From NCBI GenBank assembly GCA_964188305.1, contig OZ076890.1: 64,000 nt of DNA, one strand, 5' to 3'. Positions 12,151 through 25,758 of this stretch are shown here, piece by piece. This DNA comes from Podarcis bocagei. Its lineage: Eukaryota. Position 1 is the stretch's first letter. Every line of letters begins with the position of its first letter. A program made the translations under genes and the position numbers. Below the pieces are notes generated by a model, which ran no database searches, was not told the origin of the DNA, and was given only the letters and a program-made list of their open reading frames with translations.

Positions 12151-13652
12151 GAAGAGATGTTACACTGCAGAGTGCAGGGTAGATGAGCTCCTTTGGGAGA
12201 AAGAGTGGATTATAAACTCAATAAACAAACAAATTACGTTCTACATGGACCTTGTGGAAACAATGCAGGGGTGGAGGAGGAGGAGTTTGTTTTGGAAATG
12301 TAGAATGCTCCTTTGAATGCATGAACCAACTTTCATTCCAGCAGCTCAGTTATAAACAGTAGCCAGCTGGCAGTGTTTCGGTGAATTTTGAAATCTGAGC
12401 CTAGCCTGCCTCACAAGGTAATTAAGAGGATAAAATGGGGTAACCCACAGCCACGTCTTCCACAGATAGATGGAAGAACAATGGGATGCAAATGGCGGAA
12501 GCATGGAAGTAGCATGTAGCACAGAGCCTGCCATTTCCATGCCAGTGAGGCTCATTGTGTTATAAGGACAATTGTCCTACCTGCTAACATGGGTTTAATG
12601 TAAACAACAGACACCTTAGTGAATTTTGAAATTCTGCAGGAAATCCTTGCCAGAAAATGAAAGAATGCAGCATGTCCTGTAAACCAACTCTCCAAGATTA
12701 AAGCACTGGCAAGTAGCACTCCTGTAGAAGTTGTTGGCATCTGTCTGTCTCAGGAGACAGTGGAGGAAGTTTGATAGATGACATTGCCAATCCTGCTGTG
12801 GAAAACGTACTGAGGCTGTGCTGCCTCACACTGCTGTCGTACTACATTGCATTCTGTTTTACATCCTTTTCTGCTCCTCCTAAAAAATACCTTTGCGGTG
12901 GGGTGCCCCAGAAGAAATTGTGCTCGAAACACACAAGAGCGTCCTGAATGCACACGTGAACTTTCATTTTGATATTCAAATCTTGCATTGCATTACACAT
13001 TTCCCTCTCTACTTCAGAAAGAGTGCAGAGGCCAAGCTTCTATTTAAACTAGAAATGTAGATTTTGGCCTTGCTCATCATCAGCTGACAGTGGGGAGGGG
13101 GGTTGTCCCTGCAACGCACACCTGACCTTAGCTTGGCTTAGTCACTGCAGTGCACTGGAGCAGAGGGGGGAGGGGTGTGGCAGCAAGGTTGGTGTGGTGC
13201 AAATGTGTTTGTCGGAGTGCTGAATTGGCCCATGTGGGTGCTTCCATCGCATCAACCTCCTCACTGTTGTGCCCATCCCCCTTTCCATCCTGGTAGGTTG
13301 CAGAAAAACAGCCAGAAAATCAGGTGAGATGTGCAACCTACCATGCTATCTGCTCCTGCTGCCCATTAATATCAAATTTCATTCCATTATGCCAGTCATT
13401 ATCTCATATCAAGTAATTTTGCTACAAATGTGCATGTTGAATTCCAAATGGGTGTGCTAAACCAAAGGAGTCACCTCTCTCAGCCAATAGGCTCTTTTAG
13501 TGCTGTGATTTTTGGCAAGTCGTTCTATTAAATTTTGCATATATCCAACTTGCAACCATTTTACCAAGCTTGGATCTTGTAGACATGTATGTCATGTATC
13601 AAGAATATTTTGGTGGCTCTCTTAATTTCTCTTGTACCCCTTCAGTCTAACA

Positions 13653-13772
13653 CAGCATTTCTCAACCTTGGGTCCCCAGATGTTGCTGGACTACAACTGG
13701 TCGGACCAGTAATCAGGGATGATGGGAGTTGTAGTCCAACAACATCTGGGGACCCAAGGCTGAGAAACGCTG
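13653..13772. mobile_element. Palindromic hAT MITE
   Basis: Long inverted ends cagcatttctcaaccttgggtccccagatgttg / caacatctggggacccaaggctgagaaacgctg; imperfect TSD gtctaaca / gtctaatg. Confidence 0.85.
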
Positions 13773-16425
13773 GTCTAATGTATCAAGGCGAAACAGGAGC
13801 CCAGTTCTACACAGTATCGTAAGTAATGAGAACACCAGACCAGTGAATACAAAATGGTGGAGTGAAAGGTACTATTGGGTGACGCAAGGACATTTGGTGA
13901 AAACTGGACACAATGCAGTACGAATGAAAGAAAGGCTGAAATGTTTGCAGATTGGGGTTAAAAGACTGAAACAATTTTGAGAAGTACTTGCTTGCATTAA
14001 AAATGTGTGGAATCCCAAGCTACATAAGTTTTTATTTAAACAATTACTTTCTGTTCTGCTTCCATAAGGGCTGACCATGTAGCCCTGAACAAGAACAATT
14101 TTGTAGTGGTACTGCTGATGTGCCCAGTCTCTCAAGTTTTTGCATGAGTTTTCAAGGTTAGAAAATGCATAGGGGATGCCAGTTTGATAATCATTACTCC
14201 ACCTACAGTGTTTGTTTGTTTTTTTAAAAAAAGAACAGAGACTTGGACAGTGGGAAATATCCATTAAGAGGATTCTGGTTAAAAAACAAAAAACAGCTCA
14301 TCTAAAAATAAGCCAGGATTGCAGACCTGTAAGTATTATGTTGTGACTTGCCTTAATAAACTGCTTTAATTTATTTATGTTAGTTATTGTGGGGCCAGCT
14401 GCTTGCCCTTCAGCCAAAGAGTAAATAAAACATAATAACGGTAAGGTACTTTGGCAGTTACAGTACCCCTTATTATTTATTGAAGACTTTCATTACTTAG
14501 CTAACTTGGTTTTCCATATAGGAAAATGTCTCCCAGACATCAAAAGAACTTCTATTCACCAAATGCCACCCAAAAAGAAAACTGAGATGCACAATCTAAC
14601 ATACCTCTCCAACTAAATAGGTTAATCTACAAATGCAAATATAGGGAAACGATCTTCCCTTCATTTTATTTATTTAACCAATCTATATAGTCTACCTTTC
14701 TGACATTTATATCATTAAGGCAGCCTACAAACACGACCCGCCAGGAGTGGGTTTCTGCATGTAGATGTTACACCCTAGAAGTCAACATATTCCTTCATCC
14801 TATGCCTTCTGTCAAGTGGCAACTATTCAAGCTTTCTTTCAAAATCATGTTGTGCGTGGATGGCGATACTAGAAGCTCTGAGTCCCAGGGCAGTGACATC
14901 ACTGAGGGCAAAAATACAGAAAGCTGTGGGGCTCTCTTTAGCACAGCGGAGCATCACTCAGGCGCCAGAGCCCAGTAAAGACAGGGAGGGAGAGGCTACA
15001 GTGTTTGTGTGTGTGAGAGAAGGGGAAGGTCTGTGTGATAAGTATGTGTATTTGTGTGAAGTGGGGTCGGAATGTTTGTTTCAGTAGATTTCTTTCACTT
15101 TTGGTGTGTTTGGGTATGCCTGCAAGTTTGCAGGCCCACTGCCACCCACCAAATGCAGCCTTTGGAGCCAAAAAAATGTTGCCGACCCCCAATGTAAGCA
15201 ATGCCTTCAACCATTAGGTGATGCTGTTCTTTGTCCTTACCACTTAGCTAAGGTTCAGTATCATTCCCAGGTTTTGTGTTGGGAAAGTTCCTGTGAAAGT
15301 GCAAATCTGTGCCAGACGCCTGTGATATGAGAGTAATTTGCATGCCATGTAATGAAGTTTGTTTCTCTAAGCAAGTATAATACAATACCACTTCAGCTTC
15401 TGTTCCCATAGCTCCCTCACATCAGAATTGGTTGAGGAAGTAGGAGTATATATAGACTTTTTAAAAAAGGTACCAAGATAACAAGCTCAGTCCATCTCTT
15501 AATCTGAGAAGCTTTTAAATGTCAAAATCTAAAGATACATTCAATAAAACTGAAGCATCAAATGCTGATTTATCTTAATCTGAATGTTATTAGAGGAGTG
15601 CTGAATCATTGATTTTGAATTATTTATTTGTTGTTGTCGTTGTCACTGTCATAGAAAAAATAATAATACAGACTGCAGTACATAGCACATACTGATGGGT
15701 GAAACTTAAGACCCAAACTTTTAATTTCATAAGCTAACCTTCAACTGACTTTAAAATTGCTGGTTACACTGAGACTCTTCTACTAGCCACCCACCAACAC
15801 ATTTTTATTGAAAGGCTGCGGCTATAATCCATTAGTTAATGACTAAGCTGCACTTGCCAGATCACATTCACGCTCCCAAGGACTGGAAAGTGGCCGGATT
15901 TTCAAGGGCTTTGCAGTCAGTAATGATCGAGCCAACCTCCTTTTGTTCAGTGTTTGCAAAACCAATATGCTTAAAAAACAACACTCGAATTTTATTGGCT
16001 TCTCTATTGAAAATGCAAGCCTTATCTTCTAAGGCCATTGCTTTGTCACAGTAAATTTATTTTCTTCTCCTGAACTGCATTGTGCATATTATGTTCAGCT
16101 CTCCCTCCTCAAACAAGGCTTTAACCTAGGTAGAGCTCCTAACTTCAAGATTTGTTCAAGATAAAAATCAATCAGAGATATACCAGCAGTAGATTTATCA
16201 CCCCAGCAGCATGGTAGAAACAACTATTACTCAGTTAAAGCTTAAATGTCAAAACTAGTCAATTAGCCCAAGTTACTGTGGCAGTGATGGCGATGTCTCG
16301 TTGCCAAGTGTAGCTTTGCGTGCGGGGGGGGGGTGATATACCACAAGACGGTGATAGAAAACAATAAGCAATGATTCTTACTTCAGAAACCACAAACCCC
16401 CATATCCTACTGTAACTAAACTTAA

Positions 16426-16774
16426 AGGTAAAGGGACCCCTGACTATTAGGTTCAGTCATGACCGACTCTGGGGTTGTGGCGCTCATCTCGCTTTATTGG
16501 CCGAGGGAGCCAGCGTACAGCTTCTGGGTTATGTGGCCAGCGTGACTAAGCCTCTTCTCGCGAACCAGAGCAGCACACGGAAATGCCGTTTACTTTCCCG
16601 CCAGAGCACTACCTATTTATCTACTTGCACTTTGACGTGCTTTCAAACTGCTAGGTTGGAAGGAGCAGGGACCAAGCAACGGGAGCTCACCCCGTCGCGG
16701 GGATTCGAAATGCTGACCTTCTGATCAGCAAGTCCTAGGTTCTGTGGTTTAACCCACAGCACCTCCCGTGTCCC
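16426..16774 (-). mobile_element. Sauria SINE (full length)
   Basis: tRNA-like head, agtagataaataggt core and (accttt)n tail on the minus strand; TSD gtaactaaacttaa. Confidence 0.95.
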
Positions 16775-18775
16775 GTAACTAAACTTAAGTATGAATAAAT
16801 GAAATAAATATATATATTCACTGAATTATAGACTGTATGCTCCTTGGGGCAGGAACCTGTCATTTAGTGCTGCAAAGCGTCATGCAGATTCACAGCCCCA
16901 TAAAAATAAACACATTCCCTCACCATGGAATCTCAGAGCACAGAAACAAACCACTCCCAGGGGATGACCTGAGACATTTTGCAGTCAACGGTGATTGTAA
17001 AATAGTATAGTAAGAAACCCAATATTGAAAATTTGCTGCCTTTATGAGCCTTTTGCTGTCTGGGGGAAGCTGCCTTATCCTGTATACAGGTAGGGCTGGC
17101 ACTGCCCAATTCAACCAATGTGAACTGTGTAGCAGTGGGGATTGAGGCAAGTTCACCTTGTCGAGCAACAGTGAGAAACGTGTACTCTCTTGAAATTACC
17201 TCTTCCACAAAAACTAATCCAAGATAGAAGAGCTCTCTTTCCTCTCTTTGTATCTTGTAGGTATCTGTTTTGGATTTATTTTTCTCCTGCAAACTCTGGC
17301 CTTCATTTAGATAAAATTATCATTGTGTTTACATCTCACTGAAATCAGTGAGACAGGTTTGTCACAACCAATTTCAATGAAAATTAGGCACCACTAACTT
17401 TATAGTTGGGCATCTGTCGTCAGTTCAAAAATAACAAATGCACAGATGCTAATGGTAAATCCCATTTTAGACCCACTCTTGTGGGTCATAATCCACAAAA
17501 TTACAGCCACTGGTTTAGGGAGCAATCTGATAGACAAGAAGCAGGCGTAAAGCAAGCCTGGTGAAAGTTTAAGTAGCACGAAGTATACCAGATCCAAACT
17601 CTGTTCAGGAGCAAGGTTACTGCTGCTTGAGCCAGCCTGAGTCTGGAGGGGTGGCAGGGAGTCTATTTTGCAATTATTTTGGAATTACACCAGAGTTTCT
17701 GCCATCTTAATTTATGGGTTGCCATGTCACAGGGACCTTTTTCTGGAAAGACAGACACTCTGAGACTCAGCTATGGCCCTTCCCTTACAGCGAGAACATC
17801 TCGGTGTATGGCAACCAAATACTCTTCTGAAAAGACAGATTCATCCAAATCATTTCATCCATTCCACAAACTGTTTTTGTGAGGAAATTCCCACCTTCCT
17901 TTTCTCTACACCCCCAGCTGAAGAAGATAATACATGTTTATTGGTATTATTAGTGTTGCATTAAAAAAAATACTACTACTATCATCATCATCATCATCAT
18001 CATTATCTGTACTGGTCTCCATTTTTTTTTCTTCCAATCTCGAATAAACCCTCTGAACTAAAACAAAAAAAGTGCCAAGAGCTTTAAACACTGATTGATA
18101 CCATTTATTTTACTTCAGATAAGCAGGGAAATTTATTTGCAAGTTTGTTCTACAAGCTTTCTCTAGGAGTGTCACATATATAGCCATAAATATAAGAATA
18201 TGTCACACTATTTAAAAATACTGGCGTGCTGTTGATTTCTTTATGATTAAAAATATCTGCTTACAGGAGGAGTTGTTTGATGATGGCTATTAAAAAAAAA
18301 CACACAAGACTGCTATGAAAGCTATAGACCATGTGAGTAAAATAAACTTTAAATCCAAATTGCAAGAAAGCCGGTGTAATTTACACTGGGGTAAAATGCA
18401 CACTGGATGCAATTTGCCTGTATTCCAAATTCCACTCAGCAGTGGTTACTATTGGCTGAGCTGGCCTCAGCCTGGCAGAGGAAAAGCAAGCCTTTATAAT
18501 GCTACACTTTTTGCCAGTGTAACTTCTGGCATTTTGCTAGGTCACATTACTGAGCAGAATTGAGTCTGGAATAGGCATATGGATCTCTATCTCCTGTCCC
18601 ACCCCTGTCATTCCCCTGGAATGTCCCAGTGTGAAAGAAAAGCATGCAAAGCACACCCCTACCTCAAACACACCATACCTAACAACAGTCGTACAACCTC
18701 TATATTAGCACAAAAGACCAACAGCAATAACCATTTCCAGAATGAGTAGTTAAAACAGCATTATATAATATACTT

Positions 18776-19709
18776 AACTGATGGGTTCAAAATTGGGAAA
18801 GGAGTTCGACAAGGCTGTATATTCTCTCCCTGCTTATTTAACTTACATGCAGAATTCATCATGCAAAAGGCTGGACTGGATGAATCCCAAGCCGGAATTA
18901 AGATTGCCGGAAGAAATATCAACAACCTCAGATATGCAGATGACACAACTTTGATGGCAGAAAGTGAGGCAGAATTAAAGAACCCCTTAATGAGGGTGAA
19001 AGAGGAGAGTGCAAAATATGGTCTGAAGCTCAACATCAAAAAAACGAAGATCATGGCCACTGGTCCCATCTCCTCCCAGCAAATAGAAGGGGAAGAAATG
19101 GAGGCAGTTAGAGATTTTACTTTCTTGGGCTCCATGATCACTGCAGATGGTGACAGCAGTCACGAAATTAAAAGATGCCTGCTTCTTGGGAGAATAGTGA
19201 TGACAAACCTAGACAGCATCTTAAAAAGCAGAGACATCACCTTGCTGACAAAGGTCCGTATAGTTAAAGCTATGGTTTTCCCAGTAGTGATGTATGGAAG
19301 TGAGAGCTGGACCATAAAGAAGGCTGATCGCCGAAGAATGGATGCTTTTGAATTCTGGTGCTAGAGGAGACTCTTGAGAGGCCCATGGACTGCAAGAAGA
19401 TCAAACGTATCCATTCTTAAGGAAATCAGCCCTGAGTGCTCAATGACAGATGCTGATGCTGAGGCTCCAATACTTGGGTCACCTCATGAGAAGAGAAGAC
19501 TCCCTGGGAAAGACCCTGATGTTGGGAAAGATGAAGGGCACAAGGAGAAGAGGATGACAGAGGACGAGATGGTTGGATAATGTTCTCAAAGCTACTAACA
19601 TGAGCTTGACCAAACTGCGGGAGGCAGTGGAAGACAGAAGTGCCTGGCATGTTCTGGTCCATGGGGTCACAAAGAGTCGGACACGACTAAACGACTAAAC
19701 AACAACAAC
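18776..19709 (+). mobile_element. Bov-B (RTE) LINE, 5'-truncated
   Basis: GIKIAGRNINNLRYADDTTLMAESE RT motif, premature TAG at 19362 and (caa)n tail after gagtcggacacgact. Confidence 0.96.
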
Positions 19710-21448
19710 TAAATGTATACCAGGGTTGGGGAGCCTGCAGCCTCCAGATGCTGCTCAACTCCAAATCCTGTTAGTCCCAGCCATTTACATTCAGTGAGGA
19801 TGACTAAAGAGGAGAGGGCGCAACACTGAAAGTGTTCATCCTTTACTTTTACCTTTTATTTTATTTGTTAGTTGTTGCTGGCCTCCCGATTATGCAAGAT
19901 AGAAACTACAGACTGACCAATGTTCTAAGTCCATCAGCTTCACGTGGATTCTAACATGGAAGGACCAGCTGAACCATAGAGTTCCCCTCTGCAGATGCTA
20001 CTAGAGTAGCATGGACTGAACTTGTCGACATTGCAACATGCCTTTGGAGGAAGATCACACATTTGTTCTCTTCCTACCTTTCCTAAACATCAGTGTGGGC
20101 CTGGGAACTTCAGATGACCTCCTGGACTCATAGATGCCACCACAGCTGAGCTGCATGAGCTGCACAGTGGACCTTGCTGAAAATGTTTGTGCATCTGTTT
20201 CCCAAGTTTTTCTGTAACGTTATGACCTTGTTCCTTCAAGAGTTTTCTGAGCAGTAAATGCAATAAATGATCATGCTGTGGGAATTGCAAGCAAGGTTAA
20301 AGCGCCATTACCCACTGGGCTTAGTGACAGTGACAATATAAACCAAAGTTCTTCGCATGGAAGGATTAACTTCCCCCTTTGGGGCTAGGTCATATGACCA
20401 ATGTAATAGAAGACACTCTCGAACTTTAATCATAATTAAACCACTGCCACAAAGATATTTCTACTTATTACTGGAAATTGTATTATGATTTAACTCCCCT
20501 GACATCATTTCACTAAACCACTACAGCATTAGGTTTATTAAAATGTGGGATATTTAGCATTCAAATAATCTGTAGTGTAGTGGGGGGGCAGTGTTGCCTG
20601 AAGGTGGCTATTTTAGACAACTATTAAAGACAATTTGTAACAACAGTAAATTCCTTAGTTTTAAAAATCAATACCAAGGAATAATAAGGCTACATTTTAA
20701 ATGTGATGTTCAGATACAAACTTCTAAGGACAACTGGGATTTTCTCCCAAGCCTGATCATCAACATGGCAGCCATTATTTATGTTGCTTACTACTCTCAG
20801 TAGAAGTTAGATAAACCTTTACTTAGCTTCATATCCAAACACTGAGGGACATAAATATAATTCTACCGCCCCCCCCCCCCTTCTGGCTCTTACATCAATG
20901 GAATTATTGTGCATATTCATCTGCCATGGATAGGAGGCTCTCTCCCTAAAGCAGTTCCTACACTCCTTTAAATATATGCTATTCCTATTTATCTCTTTGA
21001 AGAAGAATGAATCACATCTGCTGCTCGCAGCTATCAAAACGTAATTTCATCAAGCAGGCTCAGGAATGTACACATTTCCACAGCTCTACACTAGGAGGCA
21101 AGTTTTCCCCACACACCAGCCTGCTTCACTCTTAGCTGAATTGTGCGTAACCAAAAGATGTTTTGCAGCTTACCGCCATTGTCAGACAGTTTCCTTACAT
21201 CGCAGTTAAGAAAAAGCAACACACATACCAATGTTAGGCTGAAATCCTTCACACGGGCTTCTGATACTGTACTGAGAGCCTAATGTTGATTTAAAAGTGG
21301 TTACAGATACGAAAATAGCATATTTCCAAAGTTATTCACGTAATGGTCTCAACATGATTTCCCCTCACTAATTTGATTACCAGATATGTAAAATTATAAC
21401 ACTGGATTGTTTCAAATGGCCATTTCAGTGAACAAAAGTTATGTGTGA

Positions 21449-21775
21449 ATAATAAATAATAATAATAATAATTTATTTGTACCCCACCCATCTGGCTAGT
21501 AATTAGTAGTAGTAGTAGTAGTAGTAGTAGTACCCTCGCCCATCTGACTGAGTTGCCCCAGCCACTCTGGGTAGCTTCCAACATATATAAAAACATCCCT
21601 TCATCTTCTTGGCAACTGATGGGAGGGTGTTCCACAGGGTGGGAGCCACTATCGAGAAGGTTCCCTGTAACTTCACTTCTCACAGTGAGGGAGCTACCAG
21701 AAGGCCCTTGGTGTCCAGGCTGAATGATGGGGGTGGAGATGCTCCTTCAGGTACACAGGGCTCAGGCCGTCTAGG
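21449..21775 (-). mobile_element. L2 LINE 3' end with (AAT)n tail and an internal (TAG)n run
   Basis: aataataatttatttgtaccccacccatctggct tail; GLSPVYLKEHLHP on the minus strand. Confidence 0.75.
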
Positions 21776-21986
21776 AAAGACGCATGTCTATTGCCTGGCA
21801 GTACCCATGCTGCTTCTAGGCTCACTTGATGCCCAATGTGCATGCAATTTTGCATAGGGCCAGCCCACATTATTATTTCAAAATACTGGAGAGGAGTGGC
21901 TGGAGTGGCATGATCAGTATCCAATATGCAACCTGAGAGTTGACCATGACTTTCAGGCCTATACATATTGGTTAAGTCTAACTTCA

Positions 21987-22372
21987 TTGTTGTTGTTGTT
22001 TAGTTGTTTAGTCGTGTCCGACTCTTCATGACCCCATGGACCAGAGCATGCCAGGCACTTCTGTCTTCCACTGCCTATCACAGTTTGGTCAAACTCATGC
22101 TGGTAGCTTCGAGAACACTGTCCAACCATCTCGCCTCTGTCGTCCCCTTCTCCTTGTGCCCTCCATCTTTCCCAACATCAGGGTCTTTTCCAGGGAGTCT
22201 TCTCTTCTCATGAGGTGGCCAAAGTATTGGAGTCTCAGCTTCAGGATCTGTCCTTCCAGTGAGCACTCAGGGCTGATTTCCTTCAGAATGGATAGGTTTG
22301 ATCTTCTTGCAGTCCATGGGACTCTCAAGAGTCTCCTCCAGCACCATAATTCAAAAGCATCAATTCTTCAGC
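21987..22372 (-). mobile_element. Bov-B LINE 3' fragment
   Basis: RVPWTARRSNLSILKEISPECSLEGQILKLRLQYFGHLMRR, (caa)n tail and probable TSD ttaagt(c/t)taactt. Confidence 0.95.
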
Positions 22373-23731
22373 ATCAAAAGCATTAATTTAAGTTTAACTT
22401 AAATCCCCTTAATTTCAATGAACCCAGTACAAGCATGGCAAGTCTGGCTCTAGCCCAGGCCAAATTTTACAACCACTCATATTCAGCTGGAACACCCAGA
22501 GGAAGGAGAATTCCATCCAGTGAGTAAGATGGATAGGGGCAATATCACTGTCATGCACAGCTATTAAATTTCAAATTAATTTGACACAACTATTTAATTT
22601 GGGGGCAGGGAAAATTGAGATGATTCCATATATCACATCACTCTGACCATATTTTTTATTATTACTGTTAACCAGCAAAATAAGTATATCAAAAATTTAG
22701 AATGTTTTCCTGAAAATTTAACTATGTAACTATGAAAACATTTCCACTGGAAAGTTTTCTTATTATTCAAATACATATGGAATGCCCTTCTTCAAAATAA
22801 ATTGTATATATTTCCAACATGTTTTGGCAGTAAAACAAAATAATTCTGTCTTCTGCACATTAGATCATAAACACAATGTGAAGCTACAAATTGCAGAACA
22901 GATGCAATAAAGTCATATTGTCAGTAAGCAATTAATCATGGGGTGTCATGCTATTTGCTAAGGCAGTTAATATTTTATGCAATTTTGAACATGCAAATTT
23001 GAGATAGTGAAACATAATGCACAACATTAGTCAAACTTCTGTGAACATTTCCCCCATTAAGATCTGAACAGAAAATACAATCAGGAATAATATTTCTAAA
23101 ATCTGATCATAACTTAGCTAAACAGAAGAACCTTGACTTCAATAAGATTACAGCTCTTTAAGTCAGGAGTGGAGAAATTGTTGATGCTGAGGGCCACATT
23201 CATGTAGGGCTAAACAGTTAGGGGCCACATGGTCCATTTCTGGTCTCTCACCAATTATACACTCCTTCCCTCTCAGATCCTTAATAACAGGTTGGCCTTT
23301 GAGTTGCTCTCCATGCCTGCTTACCTCCAAATCTGTCATTCTCCTAATGGCAGCCACCACTTTTGCAGAGAAGAAAGAGAGAATGAGAGATAGGTTGTTT
23401 GCTGTGAATGGAGTTACTGATGAAGGAGCAGGTCAGGTGAGGCACCCACCTTGAGCGGCAGAAGCCCAAGAAGGGTGCCTGCCTTGCCTCCACTGCCTGC
23501 TCCACTGCATCCAGTGCCAGCAGTGGCACCAGTGTCTGGTGAAATCTTTCAAGATCTCACAGACTGCACGAGATTTCATGAGATCTTGTGAGAACGCAGA
23601 ACACAGAGCCGCAGAACAAAAGGGAAAGAGGTGTGGCACTGGCAGCATGGCAGCACCAAAAGGGGATGACAGCAAGGGGGAGGTGGCAGGCTGTAGGAAA
23701 ATGGGATGCGCCACCCCTGGGGAGGCAGTTA

Positions 23732-23949
23732 CAGTGGTACCTCGGGTTACAGATGCTTCAGGTTACAAACTCTGCTAACCGAGAAATATTACCTCGGGTT
23801 AAGAACTTTGCTTCAGGATGAGAACAGAAATCGTGCGGCGGTGGCGGCAGGAGGCCCCATTAGCTAAAGTGGAACCTCAGGTTAAGAACATTTTCAGGTT
23901 AAGAACGGACCTCCGGAACAAATTAAGTACTTAACCCGAGGTACCACTG
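23732..23949 (+). mobile_element. Tigger/pogo-type MITE
   Basis: TIR cagtggtacctcgggtta and TA TSD; same family as 53093 and 54604. Confidence 0.92.
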
Positions 23950-24423
23950 TAGATTGTTCTTCTCTTTCTTTTTTTCCCAGATTACGAGACTAACGCTCTT
24001 AACCACTACACCACGCTGGCTCTCATTGCAAAGAACATTGCATAAGTGCAATTCTTCTTTAAAATGCTTGAATTGGAAGTCCCCTTCGTCACCTTGTTAA
24101 GTTCCTATGGTCAGTGCCACCCACTGCTGCTGCCCAGTCCCACAACATTTCTAAGAAAGTTCTGCACGCACCCTTTTTGGAGGCATCTGTGCTTCACTGC
24201 AACTCCCTCAAATGGCCAAATTTAATTCACTGCAAAATCTGGCACAACTTTAGTTCTTAATGCAAATCTGTAGGGAAGTTGAGACCAATAAAGACTGAGG
24301 GCCAAACAGTAGTTAAGTGACTAGATAGAAGAGATACAAAGGAAATGAAACAGCAGCAGCAGCAGAAGAGGAAATCTTCCTGATCAGAAATGATAAGCTG
24401 TACACCTAGAAGCTGGACACAAT

Positions 24424-24425
<2 letters not shown>

Positions 24426-24478
<53 letters not shown>
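24426..24478. repeat. (CT)n microsatellite
   Basis: Seen directly. Confidence 0.95.
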
Positions 24479-24481
<3 letters not shown>

Positions 24482-25524
24482 GCCCAGGGGGGAAGTAATA
24501 ATAATATTATTTACCCAGCCTTCACCAGAATGTTCAGGGGGAAAATGCAAGAAATTAAAATTCAGAATTGAGAACGGTTAAAACAGATTACAGTCACAGG
24601 AATAGGATGGACCCTTAAAAAGCAATTTCGGACGTCAAAGACCAGGGTCAAGGATCTCTTTAATAAGAAACTCCACTTTGCTAAAAACAATATCCAGCCT
24701 GATTTTCATCAGCTTGCTTGGCCCTCAACTACACATTTTAAGCCAGAAAATTAGGAAAACAATAGCTGGGAAATGAATATTGTCATGCTGGCTGCACTTC
24801 TTGCCTTGTTCATACAGTGAAGAAGTTCACAAAAGTACACAACCAAAACATTGGGAAACTTTTGCCACATCAGATATTAGGCCGCATTCATTAATGGAGA
24901 CGATTTCATTTATAGCAACTCTGTCATTTTCATGGTAATGATTGATAACTGACCGCAATTAATTCAAAGTGTAAATGACAAAAATATCAAGCTCGTTAGC
25001 AAATAGTTTATGCTGTGATTATGATGGTGAATGGACCAGAGGCTAAATGGAGCCTGGCCTAAATTGAAATGAAGTCAACCACCCCTCTGCCCCATACTGT
25101 ATATTTGGATACACAACTGCATGAAAAAACACAAAAGAAAGAAAAACGCCAGTGTTTACTGCAAGCAACTTATAAAAGGATAATTGCTGCTGTTTTTGTG
25201 ATCATTGCCCACTGCAGAGTTAGGGTTAAGCTTTTCAACATTTTTCATCTGTTGAGGGAAGATCAAGGGATGCAGTGCATGAAAGCATCTAACACACAAC
25301 CATAGAGGTGTCTCAAGGCAAACCCACCTAGTTGCAAACTCAGTGGGACGAAAGAGAGTCAATCCCCCCCCTCTCTCTCTGTGTGTGGCAAATCATTGTC
25401 CCCCTACCACATAAATTAATAAAATTAAACAATGAAAATATAAACAACAGCTTTTCAAGTACAGCCATCAGGAGGCCTGTATGTATGATGCCCTGGTTTT
25501 TGTGATCTTTGATCTTTTAAGCGA

Positions 25525-25758
25525 AAGAAGAGTTTGGATTTGATATCTCACTTTATCACTACCTGAAGGAGACTCAAAGTGGCTAACAATCTCCTTTCCC
25601 TTCATCCCCCACAACAAACACTCTGTGAGGTGAGTGGGGCTGAGAGACTTCAGAGAAGCGTGACTAGCCCAAGGTCACCCAGCAGCTGCATATGGAGGAG
25701 CGGGGAAGCGAACCCGGTTCACCAGATTACAAGTCCACCGCTCTTAACCACTACATCA
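25525..25758 (-). mobile_element. Squam3-type tRNA-derived SINE
   Basis: Minus strand gtagtggttaagagcggtggact...gggtgaccttgggctagtcac...caaactcttct. A short head fragment also occurs at about 23978-24024. Confidence 0.85.

Noticed and set aside
18861-19364. Reverse transcriptase ORF as an active gene
   Set aside because: 5'-truncated Bov-B with a premature stop and a downstream deletion.
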